Shown: positions 11,792-23,116 of the stretch, piece by piece
How positions within the stretch are numbered: the stretch's first letter is position 1
Layout: each line of letters opens with the position of its first letter
DNA from: an uncultured Candidatus Rokubacteria bacterium
GTDB lineage: Bacteria; Methylomirabilota; Methylomirabilia; Rokubacteriales; CSP1-6
Reading direction: 5' to 3'
DNA: 64,000 nt
Assembly: GCA_963758635.1 (NCBI GenBank)
Contig: CAVWWD010000008.1
Coordinates: 992,001-1,056,000 of the forward strand
The notes under the pieces: model-generated
The model's input: only the letters and a program-made list of their open reading frames with translations
Told to the model about the DNA's origin: nothing
The model's database searches: none
Position numbers and translations under genes: made by a program

Positions 11792-12613
11792 CTAGAACTT
11801 CCACTTCGCCAGCAGCAGGACCCGGTAGTCGATCGCGCGGGGTCCGGTCAGGGGGAGCTGGACCCCGATGGAGATGCTCGTGTTGCCGGGCAGCAAGACC
11901 TCGAACCCCGGGAGCGCCAGTAGCTGGGTGCGCGCGTCGTCGAAACCCCGCACCGGCGTGAACAGGTTCAGCTCGACGAACGGAATCACGGCGCTCACCG
12001 CGGGACTCCCGGTGGCGATCGGGTAGCCCACGGCCGCGTTCGCCTGGAACAGTGCCTGGCCCGACAGGGGGCCGGTGACGCCCCAGGCGTAGCGCAGATC
12101 GCCCAGCAGATCGACCGGGCCGAGCTTGAGGCCGCCGGTCACGAACGGCTGGACGACAGTGGAGCCGGCGAGCACGTGCGCGGAGCCGGTCGGCAGTCCG
12201 AGCGTCAGCCCCACGTCCACCTGGGCTCGGCGCTCGGGGGACACCCAGAGGCGCGCCTGCCCGCTGAGGACGATGTCCCCGATGCCGGCGTCGCTGCCGG
12301 GGCCTTCGGGATCGGCGACCACGGCTGGTACCTCGAGGCTCAGGTGGAGCCACGAGAGTACCGGGTACTGGAACTTGAGCGAGGCCAGGGTGAAGCGGCC
12401 GTCGGGCGCCTTCGTGTGATCCACGAAGACGGCGAGCTCCCGGCTGATGCCGGGCGTCGAGGTGATGACTGGGTCGAACACCTCGATGTCGGTCGGGGTC
12501 GCGTCATCGGCCGCGGCCTGGGCCGGCGCGCTGACCGGCTGGGGACAGACTCCCAACATCGCGGTCAGGATCGCGGCCACCGCGGCCCTTGCCGCACCGC
12601 CCGGTCGACTCAT
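11792..12613 (-). CDS. Putative outer-membrane beta-barrel (MetA-pathway/'transporter' family-like)
   Basis: Signal-peptide-like N-terminus, GIGDIVLSG and LGLPTGS motifs, amphipathic strands, C-terminal ...AKWKF. Confidence 0.6.
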   Translation of the reverse strand: MSRPGGAARAAVAAILTAMLGVCPQPVSAPAQAAADDATPTDIEVFDPVITSTPGISRELAVFVDHTKAPDGRFTLASLKFQYPVLSWLHLSLEVPAVVADPEGPGSDAGIGDIVLSGQARLWVSPERRAQVDVGLTLGLPTGSAHVLAGSTVVQPFVTGGLKLGPVDLLGDLRYAWGVTGPLSGQALFQANAAVGYPIATGSPAVSAVIPFVELNLFTPVRGFDDARTQLLALPGFEVLLPGNTSISIGVQLPLTGPRAIDYRVLLLAKWKF

Positions 12614-12788
12614 CGGCGCGGTCTGCGTCACGCTACCTGTCCGCCGCTGGATTATGGGCGGCGACGGACGCGAACACAACGACGGCTCGCGTTCGACCCT
12701 CTCCGCCACCGCGCGTTCGCTATTCAGACGTGATGCCCTTCCGGAGCCGTAGGCGCCATCGAGCGGCCGACGCGCACGCGGCGCGGGA

Positions 12789-13551
12789 TCAGCGTGGCTT
12801 GGCGAGGACCGGATCGAGGAGGGACCGGGGCTCCACGTTGCCCAGCGCGGCCGCCACCGAGGCGGGGACGCCGGGATGCCGGGCCCCGAGGGTCGACAGG
12901 AACGCCCGGATCTCGCGCCGCACGCCGTCCTTGTCGCCGCACACGCAGCCCACGGGCGCGAGGCCGTGGGCGCGCGCGTACGCCGTCGTGAGGTCCTCGC
13001 CCACGTGGACGAGGGGCCGCACGAGCCGGATCGTCCCCTTGCGCGCGCGCGGCCACCGGCGGCAGCGACGCGATGCGGCCGTTGAACAGGATGTTCCGCA
13101 GGAGCGCCTCGGCGCAGTCGTCCGCGGTGTGGCCGAGGGCGAGCACCGTGCAGCCCAGCCGGCTCGCCGCGCGGTAGAGCGCGCTCCGGCGGTGACGGCT
13201 GCACACGTCGCAGCCGTGGACGACGCCGCCCGCGACCAGGTCGAGCGTGGCCGGATCCTCCCGCAGCTCCCACGGCACGCCGAGCGCGCGGATCGCGCCC
13301 TCCACGGCCCGGATCGGCGCCTTGAACTTCCCCTGCTCGATGGTGATCGCGACCAGCTCGTACGGGAACGGCGCGCGGCGCCGGTACGCGACCAGCGCGT
13401 GGAGCAGGCACAGGCTGTCCTTGCCGCCCGACACGCCCACCGCGACGCGGTCGCCCGCCTGCAGCATGGCGAACTCGCCCATCGCGCGCCCCACCAGGTC
13501 GAGCACGCGATGCTCGAGCGCGCCGGCCTCGGGCCCGGTCGCGACGCTCAC
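12789..13551 (-). CDS. ttcA: tRNA 2-thiocytidine biosynthesis TtcA-family PP-loop ATPase; frameshift near 13050
   Basis: VAVGVSGGKDS PP-loop, CDVCSRHRR, LALGHTADD, RPL, GCVCG; GTG start overlaps the LLM stop. Confidence 0.82.
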
Positions 13552-14582
13552 GCCCCGTTCTCCGCGGGCAGGTCCGCGCGCGGCAGCCCGAACACCTCGG
13601 CGATGAGCTCGTAGGAGCGGAGCCGCGCCTTGAAGTCGTGCGCGATGCTGACGACCACGAGCTCGTCCACGCCGTACTGCCGGGCGAGCGCGGTGAGCTC
13701 GGCGTGCACCTGCTCGGGCGCGCCCGCGATGGTGCGCCGCCGCGCCTGCTCCACGATGGCCAGCTCGTGCGCGTCGTACGGGTACGTCTCCGCCTCCTCG
13801 ACCGAGGGGAACGGCCCGTGCCGGCCCGTGTACAGCCGCACGATCGAGAGGTGCCGGCAGCGCGCGAGACGCTTGGCTTCCGCCTCGGTGTCCGCGCAGA
13901 GCGCGAACACGGCCGCGCTCGCCCGCGGCGCCGCCATCTCCGGCGAGGGCCGGAACGCTTCGAGGTAGGCGCGCATCACGTCGGCGCCGCCGTCGGCATT
14001 GATGAAGTGCGCAAACGAGAAGCCCGCGCCGAGGTGGGCGGCGATGGCCGCGCTCTCGTCGCTCGAGCCGAGGAGCCACACTTCCGGCGCGGTGGGGCCG
14101 GTGGGCATCGCGTGGACGCCGGCGAACGGATGGTTCGCGGGGAGCCGGTCGTGCACGTAGTCGATCACGTCCGTCACCTGCTGGGGGAACTCGTGGAGGC
14201 CGACCGCGCCGGGGCCGTGACGGAGGGCCCGGGCCGTCCGCTGGTCGCTGCCGGGCGCGCGGCCGATGCCGAGGTCGATGCGCCCGGGGAAGAGCGTCTC
14301 GAGCACGCGGAACGACTCGGCCACCTTGAGCGCGCTGTAGTGGCTCAGCATCACGCCCCCGGATCCGATCCGCATGCGCGAGGTGCGGGCGGCGACCTGA
14401 CCGATGAGCACCTCGGGGGCGGAGCCGGCGAGGCCGCGGCTCGCGTGGTGCTCGGCGAGCCAGTACCGGTGGTACCCCAGGCGCTCGCAGGCGGGGGCGA
14501 GCTCGAGCGTCTCCCGGATGGCCTGGGCCGCGGTGCCGCCGCTCCGGATCGGCGACTGATCGAGCACGCTCAGCGTGAGCAT
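13548..14582 (-). CDS. LLM-class flavin-dependent oxidoreductase (luciferase-like)
   Basis: LSVLDQSP, RYWLAEHH, RIGSGGVML, FPGRIDLGIGRAPG. Confidence 0.92.
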   Translation of the reverse strand: MLTLSVLDQSPIRSGGTAAQAIRETLELAPACERLGYHRYWLAEHHASRGLAGSAPEVLIGQVAARTSRMRIGSGGVMLSHYSALKVAESFRVLETLFPGRIDLGIGRAPGSDQRTARALRHGPGAVGLHEFPQQVTDVIDYVHDRLPANHPFAGVHAMPTGPTAPEVWLLGSSDESAAIAAHLGAGFSFAHFINADGGADVMRAYLEAFRPSPEMAAPRASAAVFALCADTEAEAKRLARCRHLSIVRLYTGRHGPFPSVEEAETYPYDAHELAIVEQARRRTIAGAPEQVHAELTALARQYGVDELVVVSIAHDFKARLRSYELIAEVFGLPRADLPAENGA

Positions 14583-14706
14583 GGCCGCATGTTACACGAG
14601 ACGTCACGGAGCCCCGGGGATCGCGTATACTCCTTGAAGATCAGCGGGCCGACCGTCACGGGCCCAGCCTGGCTGGGCTCTCTTTGAAACCGGAAAGGAG
14701 ATCCGA

Positions 14707-15894
<1,188 letters not shown>

Positions 15895-15938
15895 ACGATC
15901 GACTGCCCGTCAACGCCGTCTTCGTCGGCTGAGAACCC

Positions 15939-15975
15939 GGGCCCGGTGATCGCCCCGCGAGGGGCGACCCGGGCC
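15939..15975. terminator. GC-rich hairpin downstream of thiolase
   Basis: GGCCCGG..TCGCCCC-GCGA-GGGGCGA..CCGGGCC followed by TGTCTT. Confidence 0.4.
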
Positions 15976-16110
15976 TGTCTTCGCTCAGGGGAAGTGCCGA
16001 GAGGGGCTCTGCACCAGCACGGCAGCGCCCGAGGACGGAGACGCGCGATGTTGTACCGCGGGGCGAGGTCAACCACTACGTGGCGTGGAAAGTGAGACAA
16101 CAGTGCTAGC

Positions 16111-17375
16111 ATGGGGCACGGCATGACCCGCCGTCTCCTCATCGTCGTCGCCGTGGTGGTGGCGCTCGCCGCCATCGCCTACGGGGGCCACGCCTGGTGG
16201 TACAGCCTCAATCACATCTCCACCGACGACGCATATGTCGACGGCACCATCGCCGCCATCAGCGCCAAGGTCGTCGGCCACGTGGCCGAGGTCTCCTTCG
16301 AGGACAACAAGCCGGTGAAGACCGGCCAGATCCTCCTGCGCATCGACCCGCGCGACTACGAGGCCAAGCGCGACCAGGCGCGCGCGGCGGTGGCGGTGGC
16401 CGCGGCGAGCCTCGAGGCGATGAAGTCCGAGACGCAGCTCGCGCGCGAGACCACGGTGGCGCAGGCCGACGAGGCGCGCGCCACCCTCGAGTCGTCGCGG
16501 GTGGCCGAGCAGGGGGCCCAGGCCGCCGTCGAGGAGGGCCGAGCCACCATCGAGACCAAGCGCGCCGCCCTCGCGGTGGTGCAGGCCGAGCTGGCGGGGG
16601 GCGCAGCACCGTCCGCCAGACGAGCCGCGAGATGGAGCGGATGCGCCGCCTGCTCGACGGCGGATTCGTCGCCCAGCGCGAGTTCGACCAGGCGGAGCTG
16701 GCCGTCCACACGTCGGCGTCGAACCTCGAGGCCGCGGAGCGGCGCGTGAGCCAGGCCGAGCGCGAGGTGCAGCAGGCGGAGGCGGCGCTGGCCAGCCGCG
16801 TGGCCGCGGTCGGACAGGCGAAGCAGCGCGTGATCGAGGCGCGCGCCGCGCTGGCCCGGATCGAGGGCCAGCGCCACACGGTGACGGTCAAGGAGGCGGA
16901 GATGGGCCGCGCCGCGGCGAGCCTCACCCAGGCGCGGGCCGACCTCTCCTTCGCCGAGCTCCAGCTCCAGTACACGGAGGTCAAGGCGCCCATGGACGGC
17001 GTCGTCTCGAAGAAGTCGGTCGAGGTCGGCCAGGTGGTGCAGGTGGGCCAGCCGCTGCTCGCGCTGGTGCCGCTCGCCGACGTGTGGGTGGTGGCCAACT
17101 TCAAGGAGACGCAGCTCAGCCGCGTGACGCCCGGCCAGGTGGCCGACGTGGAGATCGACACGTTCCCGGGCAAGCGCTTCCGCGGCACCGTGGACTCGCT
17201 GAGCGCGGGCACGGGGGCGCGCTTCTCGCTGCTGCCGCCCGAGAACGCCACGGGCAACTGGGTGAAGGTGGTGCAGCGCATCCCGGTGAAGATCCGCATC
17301 GACGCCAAGCAGTTCGGCAACCCGCACACGCTCCGCGCCGGCATGTCCGCGTACGTCACCATCAAGGTGAAGTAG
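16111..17375 (+). CDS. HlyD/EmrA-family membrane fusion protein; frameshift in a G run near 16600
   Basis: STDDAYVDG, VVANFKETQL, TGARFSLLPPENATGNWVKVVQRIPV. Confidence 0.9.
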
Positions 17376-17408
17376 GCGGCCGGGTCCCGTTTTCGCCTGA
17401 GCGGGGCG

Positions 17409-19712
17409 ATGAGCCCGCGCGATCCCGGACGCCTGGCCCTGCTGGAGTCGATCCAGCGACGCGTCCTCTGGCTGGCCACCTACACCGTCCACCACGCCAA
17501 TCTCGTCCGGCCCAACCCGGACGGCAGCAAGGTGGGCGGGCACCAGGCCTCGTCGTCCTCGCTCGTGAGCATCCTCACCGCGCTCTACTTCGACGCGCTC
17601 CGCTCCGAGGACCTCGTCGCGCTCAAGGCCCACGCGTCGCCCGCCTTCTACGCGATCCAGTACCTGCGGGGGCGCCTCTCCGCCGACGACCTCCGGGGCC
17701 TGCGCACCTTCGAGGGCCTCCAGGCGTACCCGAGCCGGCGCAAGAACCCGGAGATCGTGGACCTGTCCACGGGCTCCATGGGGCTGGGCGCGGTGGCCGC
17801 GAGCTTCTCCGCGCTGGGCGCGCGCTACCTCGCCGACCACGGCGGCGACGAGCCCGCGGGCCGTGTGATCGTGATGGTGGGCGACGCCGAGATCGACGAG
17901 GGCAACGTGTGGGAGGCCCTGCTCGAGGAGGCGGTGGCAACCCTCGGGAACCTCCTCTGGATCGTCGACCTCAACCGGCAGAGCCTCGACCGGGTCACGC
18001 CGGACGCGCGGCGGCGCCAGCTCGCGCAGATGTTCTCGGCCAACGGCTGGCGGGTCATCGAGCTCCGGTGGGGCCATCGGCTGCGCGCGCTGTTCGGCCG
18101 GCCGGGCGGCGCGGCGCTCCAGCGCCGCCTGGAGGAGATGCCCTCGGCCGAGTACCAGGCGATGCTCCGGCTGCCGGCGAGCGGCGCGCGCAAGCGCCTG
18201 GCCGCGGCGGGCCCGGGCGGCGTCGATCCCGCGGTGGACCGTCTCCTCGGCGAGATGTCCGACGACGAGATCCACGCCGTGGCCGGCGACGTCGGCGGCC
18301 ACGACCTCGCCGCCATTCTCGACGCGCTGGACGAGGCGGACCAGCACCGCGACCGGCCGACGGTGATCCTCGCCGACACCGTGAAGGGGTGGGGCACGCC
18401 GCTGGCCGCGGATCCGCTGAACCACGGCGCGCTCCTCACCGCGGGCCAGATCGACGAGCTGCGCCGGCGCCTCGGCGTGGCCGAGGGCGAGGAGTGGGCC
18501 GGATTCGGCGAGGGGACGCCGGAGGCCGCGCTCATCGCGGGGCTGCCCCGCCTCTTCACCGCGCCCGCCGCGCGGGCCACGCCGGAGATCCCGCCGGCGA
18601 TCGAGGAACGGCATCCGCCGCAGAGCTCGACGCAGGAGGCCTTCGGCCGCGCGCTGACCGCGCTCGGACGCGCCCCGGTGGGGGAGCGGATCGTCACGGT
18701 GTCCGCCGACGTCGCCATCACCACGCACCTCGCGGGGTGGATCAACAGGAAGGGCGTGTACTTCCCGACCGCGCGGGCGAATCCGTTCGCGGAGCTGCCG
18801 CAGGCCATGCAGTGGAACGAGTCGCCGGCCGGCCAGCACATCGAGCTGGGGATCGCCGAGCACAACCTGTTCCTGCTGCTGGGCGCGCTGGGCCTGTCGC
18901 ACGAGCTGACCGGGACGACGCTCTTCCCGATCGGCACGCTCTACGATCCGTTCGTCACGCGCGGGCTCGACGCGCTCTACCACGCGCTCTACTCGGGCGC
19001 GCGCTTCATCGTGGCGGCGACGCCCTCGGGGGTGAGCCTCTCGTGGGAAGGCGGCGCGCACCAGTCGGTGATCACCCCGCCCATCGGCATCGCGCTGCCC
19101 GCCATGCGGAGCTTCGAGCCGGCGTTCGCGGTCGAGGTCGAGTGGATCCTTCTCGACGCGCTCGCCCGCCTCGTCCGCGGCGGGGACGGCGAGAGCGCCT
19201 ACCTCAGGCTCTCGACGCGGGCCGTGGACCAGTCCCTCGCGCCCGCGCCCACTCCGCTCCAGCGGGATCGCGTGCTGCGCGGCGGGTACCGGCTGATCGA
19301 CGCGCGCGAGGAGCCGGGATACGCGCCGGACCGCGCCGTGCACGTCTTCGCGACCGGCGTCATGGTGCCCGAGGCGGTCGAGGCGTCACGCCGGCTGCGC
19401 GAGCAGGGCGTCTTCACCAGCGTCTTCGCGGTGACCAGCGCGGACCTCCTCTACCGCGGGCTGCGCGACCGGCAGCCCTACCTCGAAGAGCTGGTCGGGG
19501 CGGACGAGGAGGACGTGCCCGTGGTGTCGGTGCTCGACGGGCATTCGCACACGCTGGCGTTCATCGGCTCGGCGCTCGGGGTGACCCAGATGCCGCTCGG
19601 CGTGGACAGCTTCGGCCAGTCGGGCGCGCGCGCCGACCTCTACCGCCACTACGGCATCGACGCTCCCGCCATCGCGCGCGCGGCCCTGGTGCTCCTCGGG
19701 TCTCCCGGGTAA
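17409..19712 (+). CDS. AceE-like TPP-dependent 2-oxoacid dehydrogenase E1 / transketolase-like protein
   Basis: KVGGHQASS, STGSMGLG, GDAEIDEG TPP motif, NRQSLD, ELGIAE, EGGAHQS, FGQSG. Confidence 0.85.
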   Translation: MSPRDPGRLALLESIQRRVLWLATYTVHHANLVRPNPDGSKVGGHQASSSSLVSILTALYFDALRSEDLVALKAHASPAFYAIQYLRGRLSADDLRGLRTFEGLQAYPSRRKNPEIVDLSTGSMGLGAVAASFSALGARYLADHGGDEPAGRVIVMVGDAEIDEGNVWEALLEEAVATLGNLLWIVDLNRQSLDRVTPDARRRQLAQMFSANGWRVIELRWGHRLRALFGRPGGAALQRRLEEMPSAEYQAMLRLPASGARKRLAAAGPGGVDPAVDRLLGEMSDDEIHAVAGDVGGHDLAAILDALDEADQHRDRPTVILADTVKGWGTPLAADPLNHGALLTAGQIDELRRRLGVAEGEEWAGFGEGTPEAALIAGLPRLFTAPAARATPEIPPAIEERHPPQSSTQEAFGRALTALGRAPVGERIVTVSADVAITTHLAGWINRKGVYFPTARANPFAELPQAMQWNESPAGQHIELGIAEHNLFLLLGALGLSHELTGTTLFPIGTLYDPFVTRGLDALYHALYSGARFIVAATPSGVSLSWEGGAHQSVITPPIGIALPAMRSFEPAFAVEVEWILLDALARLVRGGDGESAYLRLSTRAVDQSLAPAPTPLQRDRVLRGGYRLIDAREEPGYAPDRAVHVFATGVMVPEAVEASRRLREQGVFTSVFAVTSADLLYRGLRDRQPYLEELVGADEEDVPVVSVLDGHSHTLAFIGSALGVTQMPLGVDSFGQSGARADLYRHYGIDAPAIARAALVLLGSPG

Positions 19713-19731
19713 GAGCCCCCTCCGGATAGCT

Positions 19732-19888
19732 CGCGCGTGGGCGGGGCGGCGGGGAGGTACCTGGGGTCGTGGGACCACGCCGCACGCGTCCGCTGCCCCG
19801 CTGGGACTGGGCTCCATCCGGGCGCGCTGGGTCCGCATACCGATGGAGGGGAAGGGTCCCGTGACCCCAGGTACCTCCCCGCCGCCCC
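19732..19888. repeat. ~150-nt structured intergenic element (MITE/REP or ncRNA), copy A
   Basis: Perfect 26-bp terminal IR GGGGCGGCGGGGAGGTACCTGGGGTC (19743-19768) / 19863-19888; second copy at 62596-62752. Confidence 0.88.
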
Positions 19889-19945
19889 AACACGCTGCGC
19901 TGTTGAGAGCCGCTGTCAACTGGAAGCGCGATTCTGCCGGAGGGC

Positions 19946-21091
19946 TCAGGCGCCTGTGCGTAGCTCGGTGGAGGAAACGTCTACGCGGAAGCGGCTCTCG
20001 GGGATGGCGGCGAACATGTCGGCGAAGCGCGCGGGGATGCCCGCATCACTCAGCGAACGGACCTGGCCGGCGGGGTCGAGGCGGGCGGCCACGAGGAAGC
20101 GGCAGCGGCGGCGGGCCATCTCGTCGAGGGCGGCGCGCATCCGGGTGTCGCTGTCGCCGTAGTAGCGCGGGGCCACGAGCCGCTCGGCGGTGTCGGCTCC
20201 GATCACGAACGTGGCGCCGGAGAAGAGGCGCGACTTCTCCAGAAACGTGGGGGCGCGGGTCAGCTCGACCGTGGCGCGCCAGGCGAACTGGGTGAGGCGG
20301 CGGCGCACCTCCGAGGTGGTCAGCGGGGGTTTGTCCACGTTCACCACCGACAGCTCGAAGTGGACGGGCGCGCCGAGGATCTCCGCCGCCGCTTGCGCCA
20401 GGCCGAGATGGCCCTGATGCAGGGGGTTGAACGATCCGGGCAGGACGGCGGCAGGGGGTTTCGCCGGCGGCGAGACCTGCCCATCCGGATGCGCGGTCAC
20501 GCGGGCGAGCGTTCCCGCCACGAGGTGGTCGATCAACGAGGCGGGGGGGCGCGAGGTGACGGAACAGCGGTCCTCGGGACCCAGCGCGCTCTCCATGGTG
20601 GGCGCGGCGATCCCGCAGGCGCGGGCGAGGCAGAGGACGATGGCCCGGGCGACCACGTCTTCTTCCTCGGCGCGGTCGCGCTGGCCCTTGGCGAGGACGA
20701 CCGAGACGATGTCGACGCCCGAGCCCGACGTGACGGCGACGTGGAAGCGGTGGTCGCCCTTCTTGGGCCGGTCGCTGGCGAGGCTCGCGGTGGCGCCGAG
20801 GCCGATGGGCCGCGTGTCGGGATGGGCGAGGGCGGCGGCCTTCTGCCGCGCGCGGTCGGCCATGGCGGCAGCGGTGTCCTCGCTGCAGGCCTGCTCGACG
20901 GGCCCGCCCACGAAGTCCTCCAGGGCGCGGGCGTCGTAGGGCACGAGGGCCTCGAGGAGGAGCTTCGAGCCGCCGGGAATCCGGAGGATCTCCGCGATGG
21001 CGCCGCTGCCGCCGCCGGTGATGGCCAGGACGGCCTGGCAGCCGGAGGCGTGCGTCGCCCGGATCAGTTCCGACCACGCCTGCGCCTGCAT
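19946..21091 (-). CDS. CinA/PncC-like domain fused to an HxGH nucleotidyltransferase (NMNAT/NadD-like)
   Basis: N-terminal ITGGG..IPGGS..VPY..CSEDTAAAMA..GLGATASL; C-terminal PGSFNPLHQGH, VIGADT, VSSTELR. Confidence 0.75.
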   Translation of the reverse strand: MQAQAWSELIRATHASGCQAVLAITGGGSGAIAEILRIPGGSKLLLEALVPYDARALEDFVGGPVEQACSEDTAAAMADRARQKAAALAHPDTRPIGLGATASLASDRPKKGDHRFHVAVTSGSGVDIVSVVLAKGQRDRAEEEDVVARAIVLCLARACGIAAPTMESALGPEDRCSVTSRPPASLIDHLVAGTLARVTAHPDGQVSPPAKPPAAVLPGSFNPLHQGHLGLAQAAAEILGAPVHFELSVVNVDKPPLTTSEVRRRLTQFAWRATVELTRAPTFLEKSRLFSGATFVIGADTAERLVAPRYYGDSDTRMRAALDEMARRRCRFLVAARLDPAGQVRSLSDAGIPARFADMFAAIPESRFRVDVSSTELRTGA

Positions 21092-21273
21092 CGGCCCGGC
21101 CTCTCCCCGCGTCGGAGTCGATCGTGCGTCCTCGAGTCGGCGCGTGCGGCTCGTGGGCATCGCGGGCGCCACGAGTCGACGGCTGCGCGAAGTATAGCGT
21201 GCCGGGCGCCCGCGTGACGCCGGACGCGCCCGGCAGTGTTAGCCTGTGGGGCGAGCCCGGAGGCTCTCGCTCA

Positions 21274-21549
21274 ATGTGCCGATCGATCAAGACGCTCCAC
21301 AACTTCGCGCCGCCCGCGACCGACGAGGAGATCCGCGCGTCCGCGCTCCAGTTCGTGCGGAAGCTCTCGGGATTCACGCGGCCGTCCAAGGCGAACGAGG
21401 CGCCGTTCGCCCGGGCCGTGGACCAGGTCTCCGCCGTCGCTCGCGAGCTCATCGACTCGCTCGTGGCCCATGCCGCTCCCCGTGATCGCGAGGTGGAGGC
21501 GGCGAAGGCGCGGGCGCGCGGGCTGGAACGGGGCCGGCGGGCCCGCTGA
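21274..21549 (+). CDS. DUF2277 family protein
   Basis: MCRSIKTLHNFAPPATDEEIRASALQFVRKLSGF. Confidence 0.85.
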   Translation: MCRSIKTLHNFAPPATDEEIRASALQFVRKLSGFTRPSKANEAPFARAVDQVSAVARELIDSLVAHAAPRDREVEAAKARARGLERGRRAR

Positions 21550-21624
21550 CGAGGCCGGCCACGGTGTCGGCGCTGGAGATGCCGGGGAACCAGGAGGACA
21601 CCGCGTGAGCGCGGGGAGGACGCC

Positions 21625-22431
21625 ATGACGCATCAGCCGCTCAAGGGACAGACCGCCCTGGTGACCGGCGCCAGCTCGGGCATCGGCGAGGCGGTGGCCC
21701 GCGCCCTCGGCGCCGCCGGGGCCGACGTGGTCGTGAACTTCGCGCACCATTCCGACGCGGCCAAGCGCATCGCGGCCGACATCGCCGCGGGCGGCGTGCG
21801 GGCGATGGCCATCCGCGCGGACGTCTCGAACGAGGCCGAGGTGCAGGCGATGTTCCGCGAGATGCTCTCCGCCTGGGGCGCCATCGATATCCTCGTCAAC
21901 AACGCCGGCCTCCAGAAGGACGCGGCGTTCGTCGACATGACGCTCGAGCAGTGGAACACCGTGCTCTCGGTGAATCTCACCGGCATGTTCCTGTGCGCCC
22001 GCGAGGCCGCGCGCGAGATGATCCGGCGGGGCGTGCGGCCCGGCGTCTCGCGGGCCGCGGGCAAGATCATCTGCATGTCGTCGGTGCACGAGCTGATCCC
22101 CTGGGCCGGTCACGTCAACTACGCGGCCTCGAAAGGCGGCGTGAAGCTCTTCATGCAGTCCCTGGCCCAGGAGCTGGCGCCGCACCGCATCCGCGTCAAC
22201 TCGATCGGCCCGGGCGCGATCCAGACACCGATCAACCGCGACGCCTGGGGGACGCCCGCCGCGCTCGAGAGCCTCCTGAAGCTCATCCCCTACGGGCGCA
22301 TCGGCCAGCCCGAGGACATCGGCCGCGCCGCGGCCTGGCTGGCCTCGGACGACGCGGACTACGTGCACGGCCAGACGATCTTCGTGGACGGCGGGATGAC
22401 GCTCTACCCGGAGTTCGCTCACGGCGGCTAG
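21625..22431 (+). CDS. SDR oxidoreductase, glucose 1-dehydrogenase-like
   Basis: TGASSGIG, NNAGLQ, SSVHELIPW, YAASKGG, VDGGMTLYPEF. Confidence 0.9.
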   Translation: MTHQPLKGQTALVTGASSGIGEAVARALGAAGADVVVNFAHHSDAAKRIAADIAAGGVRAMAIRADVSNEAEVQAMFREMLSAWGAIDILVNNAGLQKDAAFVDMTLEQWNTVLSVNLTGMFLCAREAAREMIRRGVRPGVSRAAGKIICMSSVHELIPWAGHVNYAASKGGVKLFMQSLAQELAPHRIRVNSIGPGAIQTPINRDAWGTPAALESLLKLIPYGRIGQPEDIGRAAAWLASDDADYVHGQTIFVDGGMTLYPEFAHGG

Positions 22432-22490
22432 TCTAGAGGGCTTCGCTCACGGCGCGCCGTCGGCCGGGCCCGCCCAGCTCGCGCAACGTC

Positions 22491-22586
22491 GGGGTCAGGT
22501 CTTGCAATGCCACACCCGGCCGGAAGCATCGGCACGCGGCTTCGTGCGGGCCCGGCACGAAACGTCGCAATCCAAGACCTGAGCCC
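22491..22586. repeat. Degenerate REP-like inverted repeat pair
   Basis: GGGGTCAGGTCTTGCAATGC ... GCAATCCAAGACCTGAGCCC between convergent genes. Confidence 0.7.
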
Positions 22587-22595
22587 TGCGCGGCT

Positions 22596-23060
22596 CTACT
22601 TCTTCTTGCGTGGATCGTCGGCGGCGTTTACGAACGTGATGTCCGTCGGCCCGATGCCGTGGACCTGGACCACCGTCTCCTGCCGCCCGGCCCAGGCGAA
22701 GTGCGGATGTTTCGGCGGAATCGCGATGAAGCCGCCCACCGGGAGCTCCTTGCCCGAGCCCTCATCGAACTTCTCGCCCAGACCGACGAAGAACGTGCCG
22801 GTCAGCACGGTGACGTTCTCGCCGGCCTTGTGAAAGTGCGGCGGCACCTTGTAGCCGGCCGGGAACTTGAAGCGATAGACGAACAGTCCTTCCTTGCCTG
22901 GATCGCCCTGGATCAGCGCCAGCTTGGCGCCGGGAAGTATGGGCGGCTCGACCCACTTGAGAGCATCGGGCATGAGGACGGTGTGGCCGTCCGGGTGCTG
23001 GGCCTGGACGGGCAGGACGGCGACCAGGAGCGCGATGAAGATGAGGCCAATCCGTCGCAT
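22596..23060 (-). CDS. Secreted cupin-domain protein (DUF4437-like)
   Basis: Signal peptide; GDPGKEG, PAGYKVPPHFH...ENVTVLTG, HPHFAW, QVHGIGP. Confidence 0.85.
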   Translation of the reverse strand: MRRIGLIFIALLVAVLPVQAQHPDGHTVLMPDALKWVEPPILPGAKLALIQGDPGKEGLFVYRFKFPAGYKVPPHFHKAGENVTVLTGTFFVGLGEKFDEGSGKELPVGGFIAIPPKHPHFAWAGRQETVVQVHGIGPTDITFVNAADDPRKKK

Positions 23061-23116
23061 GACGAACCTCCCTGTCGGTGATTGGGGTCGCGCCAGGGGC
23101 GGCCCCCGTGATCACC

